Source: a virus (taxonomy: Duplodnaviria > Caudoviricetes). From it: DNA of 47,888 bases. Location: positions 1-47,888 of IMG/VR virus record IMGVR_UViG_3300012232_000005. One strand, written 5' to 3'. Position numbers and translations under genes: made by a program. The notes under the pieces are model-generated. The model did not search any database and was not told where the DNA came from. It was given only the letters and a program-made list of their open reading frames with translations. Position 1 is the first letter of the stretch, and the number at the start of each line of letters is the position of its first letter. This document shows, one piece after another, positions 25,249 to 34,096 of this stretch.

Positions 25249-26799
25249 GGGGGGCGGTGGCTCATTGAGGGGGAGCCACTTGCCGCGGTCGATCTTCTGC
25301 GCCTGCGGCGGGCGCAGCTTCTCGGCCCGCATCAACCGCATGCGGGCGGTGTCCTCGCTGATGGAGAGGTAGTCGGCTACGGCCTTGGTGGGGATGCCAG
25401 CGGGGTACTCTTCGATCAGGGCGCGCAGGGCCTCTACGGTTTCATTCTTCGTCTCCTCGCTCTTCATAGACAGGTTCCGCGGATCATTCTCCGCGAGCTT
25501 GCTGTACACGATGGCCTGGTTCGGCCATGCCCCGAGCCACTCCGCGGCGATGGAGAACGGCTCCCACTTGGGGCCGAAGTTGGACTTACGGCAGTGCAGT
25601 CGGGCCGAACCCTTGATCCCGGTCTGCATGTAGGTCATGGCCCGCACGGCGTTGCGCTTGTAGACCGAGCCGTACGGGCTGGTGCTGTCCGGGTCACCGC
25701 CCACCGCGGTCTTGGCGTGGTGGTCGATGAACTGGAACGGCACGCCCCACTTCTGGAGGCCGAACACCAGCTTCAGCAGATCGTTGCTGGTGTTCTGGTC
25801 GCTGGCGTGGGTGGCGATGGTCAGGCTGTCCACGATGACGAACCCGATCTTGTGGCGGGTGATCAGCCCGTACAAGTGGTCAAGCACATCCTCGTCGGAC
25901 AGGGCCTTGGGCAGTCGCCAGTAATAGACACCTTGAGGCGGAGCATCCAGGCTCATCCCTCGCGAGAGGGGCCACACCCGTCTGGCTGCTTCGATCTCGT
26001 CCAGCTCGGCGTCCACGATCAGCACGTTCGTCTGGCTGACGCGGCGTCCGAACCAATCCCTGCCGATGGCGATGTGGAGCGCGAGATGAGTGGCTAGGGT
26101 GGTCTTACCTGCCCCTCCATCGCCGTACAGCAGGGTGGGCCAGCGATCCGGGATGAAGTCCTCGACGAGCCACACCCTGGGGTCTGGCTCCCGCATCTCC
26201 CACACAGGGAGGGCTACGCCCAGCTCAGAGGCTGGTTCCGGTGGCCCACTCAGGGCCTTGTCCAGCAGTGCGTTGGCCGCCTCACGGGCGCTGCGAACCT
26301 CGTCCCCGTAGGGATCGAGAAGGTCTGCGAAGTCCCCACCAGGCTCTTCAGTGACTGGTGCGATCCACTTGACCCCGTTGTGGAACCGCTTCAGGTATTC
26401 GTAGCAGCGTTCCATGAACGCGATGCCTACCTTGTCGTTGTCGGGCGACAGGTAGACAGGGACATCGGCATAGTCGCTCAGCTCATCAAGGGCAGACAGA
26501 TCCTTCTGTCCTGCCCCGCCAGGAAGGGAGACGGCGTAGAAGCCGTGATCCCAGAGAGAGTTGGCGGTCTTTTCGCCTTCTACAAGGATGATCTTGTCCG
26601 GCGTCACGTCGGCCAACCAGTCGGCCGCGTAGAGTCGGATGTCGCCCATCTTCGTACCGGGTGGCCACTTGAAGGACTTCGAGCCATCGGAGTAGTCGAA
26701 GCGGGTCTTGGCTGTGTCCCCGCCCGCCTTTAACCGGTAGACGTACCGCGTCGTGTTACTGACGGCTACGCCGTTCGCACCATCGTGCCCTCTATTCAT
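25234..26799 (-). CDS. Primase-helicase (TOPRIM + RecA-like AAA_25 ATPase + C-terminal HTH)
   Basis: TOPRIM motifs ILVEGEK, SPDNDKVG, GGDFAD. Walker A LYGDGGAGKTT and Walker B VIVDSL. Terminal HTH TKAVADYLSISEDTARMRL. Confidence 0.9.
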   Translation of the reverse strand: MNRGHDGANGVAVSNTTRYVYRLKAGGDTAKTRFDYSDGSKSFKWPPGTKMGDIRLYAADWLADVTPDKIILVEGEKTANSLWDHGFYAVSLPGGAGQKDLSALDELSDYADVPVYLSPDNDKVGIAFMERCYEYLKRFHNGVKWIAPVTEEPGGDFADLLDPYGDEVRSAREAANALLDKALSGPPEPASELGVALPVWEMREPDPRVWLVEDFIPDRWPTLLYGDGGAGKTTLATHLALHIAIGRDWFGRRVSQTNVLIVDAELDEIEAARRVWPLSRGMSLDAPPQGVYYWRLPKALSDEDVLDHLYGLITRHKIGFVIVDSLTIATHASDQNTSNDLLKLVFGLQKWGVPFQFIDHHAKTAVGGDPDSTSPYGSVYKRNAVRAMTYMQTGIKGSARLHCRKSNFGPKWEPFSIAAEWLGAWPNQAIVYSKLAENDPRNLSMKSEETKNETVEALRALIEEYPAGIPTKAVADYLSISEDTARMRLMRAEKLRPPQAQKIDRGKWLPLNEPPPPETNR

Positions 26800-27035
26800 A
26801 GGCCCAGGTTTCTGACCGCCTGAGCCACGTCGCGCCGGTCGCATCCGGCGTGGCACTTCCAGAGGACGGCGACGCGCCCCATGCTCACCGACAGGGAGGG
26901 GTGCTGGTCATCGTGGGCGGGGCAGTGGGTCAGCCCGTGCCCTTGGGCGACCGCACGGTGGCACACGCAGTGCTGGTTGCTGCACGCCAGCGCACGAAGG
27001 AGTGCGTCGGCCGAGGTAGAATGGGATCGCGGCAC
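26796..27035 (-). CDS. Stand-alone primase zinc-binding domain
   Basis: HCPAHDDQHPSLSV...LWKCHAGC...DVAQAVRNLGL; its stop overlaps the primase start (ATGA). Confidence 0.8.
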   Translation of the reverse strand: MPRSHSTSADALLRALACSNQHCVCHRAVAQGHGLTHCPAHDDQHPSLSVSMGRVAVLWKCHAGCDRRDVAQAVRNLGL

Positions 27036-27064
27036 GGAGCGCCCCCTCCTGCTTGCGAGTTACT

Positions 27065-27095
27065 GACAGCCCCCCGCTGACCACGGGGGGCTGTC
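27065..27095 (-). terminator. GC-rich hairpin downstream of the annealing-protein gene (no U-tract)
   Basis: Perfect 12-bp stem gacagccccccg/cggggggctgtc with a 7-nt loop. Confidence 0.45.
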
Positions 27096-27138
27096 GCGTG
27101 GTGGGGAGGATTCTACTCCCCTGCCCGGTTCCCTCCGA

Positions 27139-27792
27139 CTATCGCTGGGCCTCCAGCTTGAGGTCGTCGATCAGCCGGCTGATCTCGGGCATGGCCATGC
27201 CCGCGAAGTTGGGCGGGGGCATCGGCCTGCCCGCCTCGCCCCACAGCTTCGAGGCGAAGCGCACCTGCGCGGGGGAGGCCCCGGTGCCCCGGCTGCCGTC
27301 AACCGGGCCACTCGGGGCGCCACCACCTGACGGGCGGGGTGCGGCACCGCCACCAGAGGGCATACGGGTGACCGGGGAACTCTCGTCGGCGAAAAACTCG
27401 GTGCGCTGGGGCTGGATCACGCGCCCGGCGGACTGCCGGTTCGCCTCCCGCTCCTGGGCGAGCTGGATCTCCTCCGCCCCGGCGATGCCCTCTGGTGAGC
27501 CGAAGTACCCGGCGAAGGCCAGCGCCCGACCCACCGCTGAGGTTTCCGCCGTCTCGAGCGGGGCGCCGCGCTCCACCGGGTTCCGCGCGTCGTAGTTGAG
27601 CATGGCCGTGCCGCTGAACTTCCGACCGTCCATGAACAACACCGTGGCGCTGACGGCGACGAGCGGGCCGACCGTCACCAACTCGGTCGAAACCGAGGTG
27701 ATCCCCACCGGGGGCACGAAGTCCTCCCCGTTGGCCAGCTTGAGCCGCTCGGCCACCGTCCAGTACGTCTTGCCGTGGATGTCAACGGGCAT
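27139..27792 (-). CDS. Putative single-strand annealing protein (Rad52/Sak-like)
   Basis: GKTYWTVAERL...LETAETSAVGRALAFAGY...AGAEEI and a C-terminal ASPAQVRF...EISRLIDDL module. Confidence 0.7.
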   Translation of the reverse strand: MPVDIHGKTYWTVAERLKLANGEDFVPPVGITSVSTELVTVGPLVAVSATVLFMDGRKFSGTAMLNYDARNPVERGAPLETAETSAVGRALAFAGYFGSPEGIAGAEEIQLAQEREANRQSAGRVIQPQRTEFFADESSPVTRMPSGGGAAPRPSGGGAPSGPVDGSRGTGASPAQVRFASKLWGEAGRPMPPPNFAGMAMPEISRLIDDLKLEAQR

Positions 27793-27858
27793 GTGCCGGG
27801 TATCCTTTCATCGGCCCCTCGCTAGTGGCATGGCGTGGTGTCCTTTTCTCACTCTGCG

Positions 27859-27887
27859 GCGAAGCCCCCGTCAAACGGGGGCTTCGC
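27859..27887. promoter_or_regulatory. Hairpin in the leader of the leftward transcript
   Basis: gcgaagcccccg-tcaaa-cgggggcttcgc, 12-bp perfect stem. Confidence 0.55.
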
Positions 27888-27914
27888 TGTGTCTCCAGCC
27901 ATCCACTAGGCATC

Positions 27915-27943
27915 TTGACGCCGTACCCACTCTGGGGTACTAT
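27915..27943 (+). promoter_or_regulatory. Sigma70-type rightward promoter for the HTH gene
   Basis: TTGACG-N17-TACTAT. Confidence 0.7.
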
Positions 27944-27944
27944 T

Positions 27945-27973
27945 ATCCTACACCCCAGATCAGGGAGTGTCAA
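27945..27973 (-). promoter_or_regulatory. Sigma70-type leftward promoter for the replication operon
   Basis: TTGACA-N17-TAGGAT(AAT) on the minus strand. Confidence 0.75.
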
Positions 27974-27997
27974 GGGTCTGGAGCGTGAGTTGGCGGC

Positions 27998-28052
27998 TAG
28001 CGAAGTACCAGTTAGTCACCAGCAAAGCGACAGCAAAGCGACAGAATGGGTG
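27998..28052. repeat. 11-bp-phased direct repeat array 1
   Basis: tagcgaagtac cagttagtcac cagcaaagcga cagcaaagcga cagaatgggtg. Confidence 0.7.
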
Positions 28053-28062
28053 AGGAAATGCC

Positions 28063-28872
28063 ATGACGACTACGGCCACGATGCCGCAGAAGGAACGGGA
28101 CAAGCGGCGGGACGACTTCCTGAACTTGCTTGACAGCCCGCCCCACGCCCTGAAGGCGGGCGGGGTCAACGACCAGGCCACGATCAACGGCGTGCCCGGC
28201 CGACCGGAGCGGGAGGGCGTCGGCCTCCAGCTCTGGGCCAAGGGGGTCATCTACGCGGAGCCGGTGGCGGTGGTGCTGCGGGACGCGGTGACGCCCGAGG
28301 CGGCGGAGCGGCTGCTCGGGGTCGACCGCCGCGCCCTGGCCCGGAGCATCCGGGCGGGGTACGTCCCGGCGATCAAGCTGGGCACGGGGACGGTGCCGTT
28401 CCTGGTGCGGCTGCGGGACGTGGTGCAGTGGGTGCGGCAGACCGAGCGCAGCACGCGGGTGCGGCCCATGAACCGGAACAAGGGGGCCAAAGACCCCAAC
28501 ACGGGCTACGTGGGCTTCCAACCGTGGCTGGTGGAGCACCTGCGCCACCACTTCCCGGAGCAGGTGCTGGCGCACGAGCAGGGGGCGGCCACGCCCTACG
28601 CGGACAGGGTGCGGCCGGTCAGCCGGGGCGGTCGGCCCCAGATCATGATTCCGGTGGAGCCGAACCCGCCCTCGGGAAACCCGGCCGACGAAAAACCGGT
28701 GGAAGGCGGTGCGGATCACGCACCCGCCCCGCCCCCACCGAGGCCACCCGCGCCGGCAACGCCTACTCCTGCGCTGACGCAGGAGCAGCGGTATCGCCTC
28801 CCGAAATGGCACCGGCTCTGGCTACGGCGACCAGAGGTGGCGGCGCCAACTCGGACTCAGCCCCGTCGATGA
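28063..28872 (+). CDS. Excisionase/MerR-like (HTH_17) DNA-binding protein
   Basis: VTPEAAERLLGVDRRALARSIRAGYVPAIKLG...FLVRLRDV. It is the only clear plus-strand gene in the early arm. Confidence 0.75.
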   Translation: MTTTATMPQKERDKRRDDFLNLLDSPPHALKAGGVNDQATINGVPGRPEREGVGLQLWAKGVIYAEPVAVVLRDAVTPEAAERLLGVDRRALARSIRAGYVPAIKLGTGTVPFLVRLRDVVQWVRQTERSTRVRPMNRNKGAKDPNTGYVGFQPWLVEHLRHHFPEQVLAHEQGAATPYADRVRPVSRGGRPQIMIPVEPNPPSGNPADEKPVEGGADHAPAPPPPRPPAPATPTPALTQEQRYRLPKWHRLWLRRPEVAAPTRTQPRR

Positions 28873-29227
28873 TCGCCACCACCTGGGCGTTGTTGATCCC
28901 GGTCAGCGCGCGCAGGGCCGTCGCTTGCTGCTCCTTGAAGGCGGCGCCCCAGGAGCTGTTGAAGAAGGACAGGGCCTCCGCATAGAACGTCGCCGGAGCG
29001 GGCGGCAGCGGCCAGGAGCGGGTGCACACGAACGTGCCGATGGCGTTCCAGGTCTGGTCGGTCAGCTTCCGCTCCTTGGCCCACTCGTCGAACTCCGTGT
29101 CCACCAGGCGGTAGTACCGCCCCAAGTCCCGCTTCGCCGTGGCCCCCAGGCTGAGGCGGGACACCAGCAGCCTTTCGAGGAGTTCGCCGGGGCGGAAGGT
29201 GACGTGTTCCCGCTCCTTATCGCTCAC
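28763..29227 (-). CDS. Hypothetical protein, possible RHH-like N-terminus
   Basis: HVTFRPGELLERL...ATAKRDLGRYYRLV; converges on and overlaps the HTH gene. Confidence 0.6.
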   Translation of the reverse strand: MSDKEREHVTFRPGELLERLLVSRLSLGATAKRDLGRYYRLVDTEFDEWAKERKLTDQTWNAIGTFVCTRSWPLPPAPATFYAEALSFFNSSWGAAFKEQQATALRALTGINNAQVVAIIDGAESELAPPPLVAVARAGAISGGDTAAPASAQE

Positions 29228-29342
29228 GTTTGGCGACCCCCATCACGTCCTCGAGGACGTACATGGTGGCCACCCACGTGACCCCGTACAGGACGCCCCA
29301 GGCGGCCCCTCCGACGAGCCGCCACAACCACTTCTCGCGCAT
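29217..29342 (-). CDS. Small membrane peptide (41 aa), not in the ORF track
   Basis: MREKWLWRLVGGAAWGVLYGVTWVATMYVLEDVMGVAKRER*; SD gagga. Confidence 0.55.
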   Translation of the reverse strand: MREKWLWRLVGGAAWGVLYGVTWVATMYVLEDVMGVAKRER

Positions 29343-29347
29343 CGTCC

Positions 29348-30430
29348 TCACTCCGCCTTGTCTCGGGCTTGGGCCTTCTGCCGCGCGGTTGCGGCGTCGG
29401 AGGCCATCTGGATCTCACGCGGGGTGGCGTTCCACTCGGGGAGGCGCTGATACCCCTTCTTGCCCATCTGGTAGTAGCGGTGCTCCAGCCGCCCGACCTC
29501 CTGGGCCACGGAGGTCGCTCCCATCCCCGAGGCGGCCCCCTGCGCCCGCTGTCGGATGGTCAACGGGTTGTGGGCCGGGTCGGACAGCGCCACCGCCAGG
29601 GAGTCGTCGCTCCACAGGGTGTAGGGGGTGAAGCGCCGCATCATGAGGGCGGTGCCCTGGAGCATGGAGGCGGTGTACCCGTCCCCGTTGTCCGTCCACG
29701 CCGTGTAGTGGATCTCCAGCACCCGGCGCAGGAAGGCGGGGCCGCTGACTCGGTAGATGGAGTACAGGGTGGACACGGCGTAGATCACCCCGTCGCGGGA
29801 GTTCTGGCCCTTGAACACCTGCATCCCGCTCTCGGTCACGATCCGCTCGATGTCCATCGCCTCCGGGTTCTGCCCGAATAGCCGGGAGCGGTGCCGCTGC
29901 CACCAGTTGTGGGGCCGCACCTTCTCGTCGAACAGGGCGAACAGGTCGGCCTCCTGGGCCTCGGTCAGCGTGTCGTAGACGTTGCAGGCCAGCTCGAAGT
30001 CCGGCCCCTTGGCCTTCAGCGTGGCCAGGAGGCGGTGCTGCCCGGAGATGACGACGTACTCGATCTTGGAGGCCGCCGTGGTGTTGCCGTCGAACACCTG
30101 CTCCTCGACCAACTTCTTGCCCTGCATGAACGAGCGGTAGATGCGGCGGCTCACGTTCAGGGTCTGCAACTGATCCGGGTTGAAGTTGGTGGCGATCTCG
30201 TCCACCCACTTCTGGTCGATGTCCCGGTTGTACCGGGAGTCCGTGACCAGATCGCCGGCCCGGAGCAGCATGGGCTTGGTGCGGACGTTGGCGGGGGGCG
30301 TGTAGCTGACCCCCTGGCCGCCCCACCTGGCCCGTCTGGAGGCCACGGTACGCTGGATCTGTCGGCGGTCGACCCGGCTGGTGGCCTCACCGGGCACGAA
30401 CTCTTCTGGCTGGTCTGGGTTGGCTGCCAT
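29348..30430 (-). CDS. ParB/Srx-superfamily protein (DUF6551-like)
   Basis: YNRDIDQKWVDEIATNFNPD...LNVS...YVVISGQHRLLA...EADLF. Confidence 0.75.
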   Translation of the reverse strand: MAANPDQPEEFVPGEATSRVDRRQIQRTVASRRARWGGQGVSYTPPANVRTKPMLLRAGDLVTDSRYNRDIDQKWVDEIATNFNPDQLQTLNVSRRIYRSFMQGKKLVEEQVFDGNTTAASKIEYVVISGQHRLLATLKAKGPDFELACNVYDTLTEAQEADLFALFDEKVRPHNWWQRHRSRLFGQNPEAMDIERIVTESGMQVFKGQNSRDGVIYAVSTLYSIYRVSGPAFLRRVLEIHYTAWTDNGDGYTASMLQGTALMMRRFTPYTLWSDDSLAVALSDPAHNPLTIRQRAQGAASGMGATSVAQEVGRLEHRYYQMGKKGYQRLPEWNATPREIQMASDAATARQKAQARDKAE

Positions 30431-30433
30431 TTC

Positions 30434-30685
30434 TCACTCTCCGCTGAGTTGGTAGAGCAGGTTCATCTCGCGGGCGCACCCTTGGGCGGCGGTCATGGTG
30501 GCGACGGCCGCTTGCAGGGAGGTGGCGGCGGCGGCCCACCTCCCCATCGCCCGCGCCCGTGCGGCCTCGGCCAGCAGGGTGTCGATCTCCCGCAGGTAGC
30601 GGTCGTAGCGGTGCTCGGCGGCCTCACGGTGTTCCGCCAAATCCACGCTCCGCAAAATCCTCGGTCGCGGGCCGGGATTACGCAT
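30434..30685 (-). CDS. Helical hypothetical protein (83 aa)
   Basis: ATG with SD aaaggag; 3' part of track ORF 30434..30826. Confidence 0.55.
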   Translation of the reverse strand: MRNPGPRPRILRSVDLAEHREAAEHRYDRYLREIDTLLAEAARARAMGRWAAAATSLQAAVATMTAAQGCAREMNLLYQLSGE

Positions 30686-31523
30686 CCGGCTCCTTTCCTT
30701 CCAGGGCCAATTTGGCGGCCTTCGCTGCGGACGCCAGGGGGGCGTCGGTGACGTAGCGGGGTTTGGTGGCGCGTCTGGCGGCCCGCTCCACGGTGGCGGG
30801 CTTCTCCGAGCGCCCCCGAGACGCAATCTGGCCCCGGTTCCCGCCGGAGGGCACCTTGCGGACGTACTGCTCGATGAGGCGGTTCACCCGCACCGCGTGG
30901 ATGCCCTGCGGCCGGGACGCCTCGTTGAGCCAGCGCAGGACGTTGGTCAGCCCGCCGTGGGGGTCGTTGGGCTTGCTGATGGCCCCCAGCTCGGCCGGGT
31001 TGAGCTTCATGGCGTGCAGCAGCGCCAGCAGCTCGTCCGGCGTGAACATCCCCGGCTTGAGCGCCCGCCGCAGGATGTTCAGCTTGTAGTAGTCCAGCAT
31101 GACCCGGCGCAGGATGAAGGCCGCCGTGTCGCTGTCGAGCTGGGCGATGGGCAGCCCGTAGGCCCCGATGATCCGCTGCAACTCCTGGAGTTCGTGGTCT
31201 GGCATCCGCGGGAAGGCGGTGAGGTTGTCCTGGCGGGTCTTGCGGCCGCTCAGGGACAGGGTGGCCGTGGACTCCCCCTTGCCCAGCTTGGTGCCGTCGA
31301 GCTGGAAGTGGTGGGCGATCCACTCCGCCTCCGCCCTCTGCTGCTCCCGCTTCACCCTGGCCCTCCGCGCCAGCGTCGATCCCTCGCCCAACGGCTTCCA
31401 CTCCATGTCGCCCGGCTCGAAGGGCTTGCGGCCCCGCTTCGGGCCGGGCTTCGACTCTCGGCGCTTGCCGACCCACCGCACCTTGCGGCGGGTCTGCGTC
31501 GCGCCCGGTTCCTCAGTGGGCAT
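30678..31523 (-). CDS. Basic hypothetical protein with possible C-terminal HTH
   Basis: FTPDELLALLHAMKLNPAELGAI...NVLRWLN resembles an Xre-type HTH. Confidence 0.6.
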   Translation of the reverse strand: MPTEEPGATQTRRKVRWVGKRRESKPGPKRGRKPFEPGDMEWKPLGEGSTLARRARVKREQQRAEAEWIAHHFQLDGTKLGKGESTATLSLSGRKTRQDNLTAFPRMPDHELQELQRIIGAYGLPIAQLDSDTAAFILRRVMLDYYKLNILRRALKPGMFTPDELLALLHAMKLNPAELGAISKPNDPHGGLTNVLRWLNEASRPQGIHAVRVNRLIEQYVRKVPSGGNRGQIASRGRSEKPATVERAARRATKPRYVTDAPLASAAKAAKLALEGKEPDA

Positions 31524-31806
31524 GGCTCATCCTCGGGTCTTTGATCCGCCAATTCAGCCTCCACACCAGCCGCCAGAGGTGGACGGCGCAGACGTGCTGG
31601 CAGATGACCCCGCCCAGTTCGGACGCCTTACACGTACACGTGTAGATGTAGCCGTCGGGGGCCAGGGGCCACCGCTGGACGGCGTAGAACTCCTCAGGCG
31701 TGGACTGCGAGGGCACCGTGTACAGCCCGCCACCGTGACACACTACCCAATCGAACAGCTTGCTGTCCCACGCCCTTCGGAACGCGGCCATCTGCCGGGG
31801 GATCAC
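31513..31806 (-). CDS. SWIM zinc-finger protein
   Basis: YTVPSQS...YAV...YTCTCKASELGGVICQHVCAV (CxC...CxH); GTGA overlap with the upstream gene. Confidence 0.8.
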   Translation of the reverse strand: MIPRQMAAFRRAWDSKLFDWVVCHGGGLYTVPSQSTPEEFYAVQRWPLAPDGYIYTCTCKASELGGVICQHVCAVHLWRLVWRLNWRIKDPRMSHAH

Positions 31807-32384
31807 CGGGGTCTGCCCCCGATGGGGGGCGTGAACCAGCGGGCGTAGTCCTCGTCGTCCCCGTCCACGATCACGTCCCGCCAGGTGTCGAGGTACTCCT
31901 CGACCAGCGAGGGCAGGTTGGGGTCGTCGTCGGTGGCGGCGCGGAGGCCGAACCACGCCTGCTCGCAGGTGAACAGCTCGAGCCAGTAGCCGTCCAACTG
32001 CATGGCGGCGTTGGTGAGCAGGCGGTAGTAGTCCGTGATGACGACCGCCAGCCGGTCGGTCACGCGGCGAACCTCCTGGGCCTGCCGGAGCGCGTAGGTG
32101 CAGTCCGTCCCCGAGCAGCCCTCGGTGTGGCCCTGCTCGTCGCAGGGCCAGACTTGGGTGGTCTGCCAGTTCAGCAGGAGGCTGGCGGCGTAGGACTGGG
32201 ACAGGCGCATCAGGGTCAAGATGACGCTGCGCTGGTAGTCCCTGGCGCGGCACGACTCCTCGGCGCAGCAGTCGGGATCGGGGTCGCGCGCCATGTCCGA
32301 GTTCGGCCCGTCGTAGACGGGCAGCATGTGGAGGCCGAACCGCTCCGGGTCGAGGGGCTGCTCTGCGGCGGGGTCGATTCTCAT
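31803..32384 (-). CDS. Hypothetical protein (193 aa, Cys-rich)
   Basis: ATGA overlap with the upstream gene; codon usage fits the genome. Confidence 0.65.
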   Translation of the reverse strand: MRIDPAAEQPLDPERFGLHMLPVYDGPNSDMARDPDPDCCAEESCRARDYQRSVILTLMRLSQSYAASLLLNWQTTQVWPCDEQGHTEGCSGTDCTYALRQAQEVRRVTDRLAVVITDYYRLLTNAAMQLDGYWLELFTCEQAWFGLRAATDDDPNLPSLVEEYLDTWRDVIVDGDDEDYARWFTPPIGGRPR

Positions 32385-32743
32385 GGCCGCTGCGGCTCCC
32401 ACTCCATCGGCTCGGGCGGCGCCGACCGGCGGTGGCTCTTGTAGGTGAAGGCCAGGGCCTCGTCGATCTGCACCTGCTCCGCGTGGATGCCCTGCTCCTC
32501 GAGCCGATCCCGCAGGTGGGACAGGCACTCGTAGAGCAGGCACCAGTTCCGGCTGTAGCGGTTCACCCGCTCGTTCACGATCTCCCGATCCCACCACCGC
32601 TCGGCGGTGTTCAGGGGCAGGTTGCCCTCGACCACTTCCGCGAAGAAGTGATCCAGGGCCAGGATCATGACCGCGTACTCCACGGTGGGGGCGTAGAGGG
32701 ACTTCTCCTCCGCGAACCCGTCCGTCTTACTCTTGATCGGCAT
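32381..32743 (-). CDS. Hypothetical protein (120 aa)
   Basis: Tiles with neighbours; high GC3. Confidence 0.65.
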   Translation of the reverse strand: MPIKSKTDGFAEEKSLYAPTVEYAVMILALDHFFAEVVEGNLPLNTAERWWDREIVNERVNRYSRNWCLLYECLSHLRDRLEEQGIHAEQVQIDEALAFTYKSHRRSAPPEPMEWEPQRP

Positions 32744-33242
32744 CGGCCTTGTCCCACATGCGCTCGGGGTAGATGGCCCGAGACGGGTTGGGCGCCCCGG
32801 TGCTCAGTCCGGGGTCGTTGTAGAGCGGCTTGGGGACGAAGTGCATCGGCCCGGCGCTCCCCCGGCCCCACTCCTGGTCGCCCTGCGTCTCGTTCTGCCG
32901 GTCGCACCAGCGGGCGGCCTCGCGCTGCTCGGGGAAGATCCCGACGTGGATCTCCTCGGCCCGCTCGTTCTTGCCGTGCGCCGTCCAGAAGTGGTTCTTC
33001 AGCGGCGCGAACTTGCTCTGTGGCATGGGTGGCGGCTTTTCTCCTTCGGCGATTTCCCAGGCGGTGTCCCGGCAGAGGGCGTGTACCTGCGTCACGATCA
33101 GGTGCAGGCGGGTCATGTCTAGCCGCCGGTAGCCGGGCATGGTGAGGTGCTTGATGCGCGTGAGCGCCTCGGCCTGGAGGACGAAGGCGCGCGCCAGCGC
33201 GCGCGCCCCGTCCACCCGCCGAGCTGGCGGGAAGTCCACCAA
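32727..33242 (-). CDS. Hypothetical protein (about 171 aa)
   Basis: Tiles with neighbours; start uncertain. Confidence 0.55.
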   Translation of the reverse strand: MVDFPPARRVDGARALARAFVLQAEALTRIKHLTMPGYRRLDMTRLHLIVTQVHALCRDTAWEIAEGEKPPPMPQSKFAPLKNHFWTAHGKNERAEEIHVGIFPEQREAARWCDRQNETQGDQEWGRGSAGPMHFVPKPLYNDPGLSTGAPNPSRAIYPERMWDKADADQE

Positions 33243-33249
33243 TCCGTGC

Positions 33250-33495
33250 TTACCGGAAGGCCATCACGGCCTCGGGGGCCGTGTAGCTGATGCGCTCCGG
33301 CTTGCGCGGGGCGTTGGCGATACCGTTGAGGTCGCACCACAGGGCGTAGTGCTTCTCGAACACGGGCACCACCGCGCAGCGGCGGGAGGGGATCTGCCCG
33401 TACTCCAGCTCAGTCTCCAGGGCCATCCGGTGGCCCACGTCCATCCGGCGCAGACGCGCCAGCTCCTCGTCGTTCAGGTTCCTCACGTGGCACAT
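33250..33495 (-). CDS. Hypothetical protein (81 aa)
   Basis: ATG ORF tiling the operon. Confidence 0.55.
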   Translation of the reverse strand: MCHVRNLNDEELARLRRMDVGHRMALETELEYGQIPSRRCAVVPVFEKHYALWCDLNGIANAPRKPERISYTAPEAVMAFR

Positions 33496-33497
33496 TT

Positions 33498-33830
33498 CTA
33501 GGCGTCCCTTCTCAGGAATCGGCCGTGACTATCACGGCCGATGTCATCCAGGTTCTCTCTCTGCGTGCCGTCATAGATGTGGAGCGGGTTGCAGCAGTTT
33601 GGGTTGTCGCACTCCGGGGAGATGTGATTCGCCTGTGTTGGCCAGTACCCGTGGCACAGGTAGTAGGCCGCTCTCGGCGCTTTGGTGTGCGTCACCCCGT
33701 CCACTCCAGCCCACACGTTCCCGCGACGGCCGGTAGTGAGAGCCCCGGTGTAAGGCCAGCATCGGTCAGGGTCTGTGACGGTCACCCGCGACCAGAATCT
33801 CTGGTCGAAAGTGGCTGTCCACCGGGGCAT
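33498..33830 (-). CDS. HNH/His-Me finger homing-endonuclease-like protein
   Basis: RFWSRV...CWPYTG...APRAAY...NH...CDNPNCCNPLHIYDGTQRENLDD; SD aaagga. Confidence 0.85.
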   Translation of the reverse strand: MPRWTATFDQRFWSRVTVTDPDRCWPYTGALTTGRRGNVWAGVDGVTHTKAPRAAYYLCHGYWPTQANHISPECDNPNCCNPLHIYDGTQRENLDDIGRDSHGRFLRRDA

Positions 33831-33862
33831 GGTGGTGTCCTTTCTCTCTGCGCTCGGTGTGC

Positions 33863-34096
33863 CTACTTGACCCGCTCGGCGCGGATCTGCGCCGCGCTGG
33901 CCTTGTGCTCGGCGATGTGGGCGTCCCACGTCCTGACGGCCTCGCACTGCTGATCCCAGGACTTGGCCTGTCTGATGGCCCCGAACAGGGTGGCGTGCAG
34001 CTCTCGTGAGGCGTCCGCCTGCGACAGCCGGGCCTCCTCGGCGGTCATGCCGTTGTTCAGCTCAGCCAGCTCTTCCCGGAAGCTCCTACCGCACAC
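33863..34096 (-). CDS. Hypothetical protein (77 aa)
   Basis: Helical ORF tiling the operon. Confidence 0.55.
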   Translation of the reverse strand: MCGRSFREELAELNNGMTAEEARLSQADASRELHATLFGAIRQAKSWDQQCEAVRTWDAHIAEHKASAAQIRAERVK

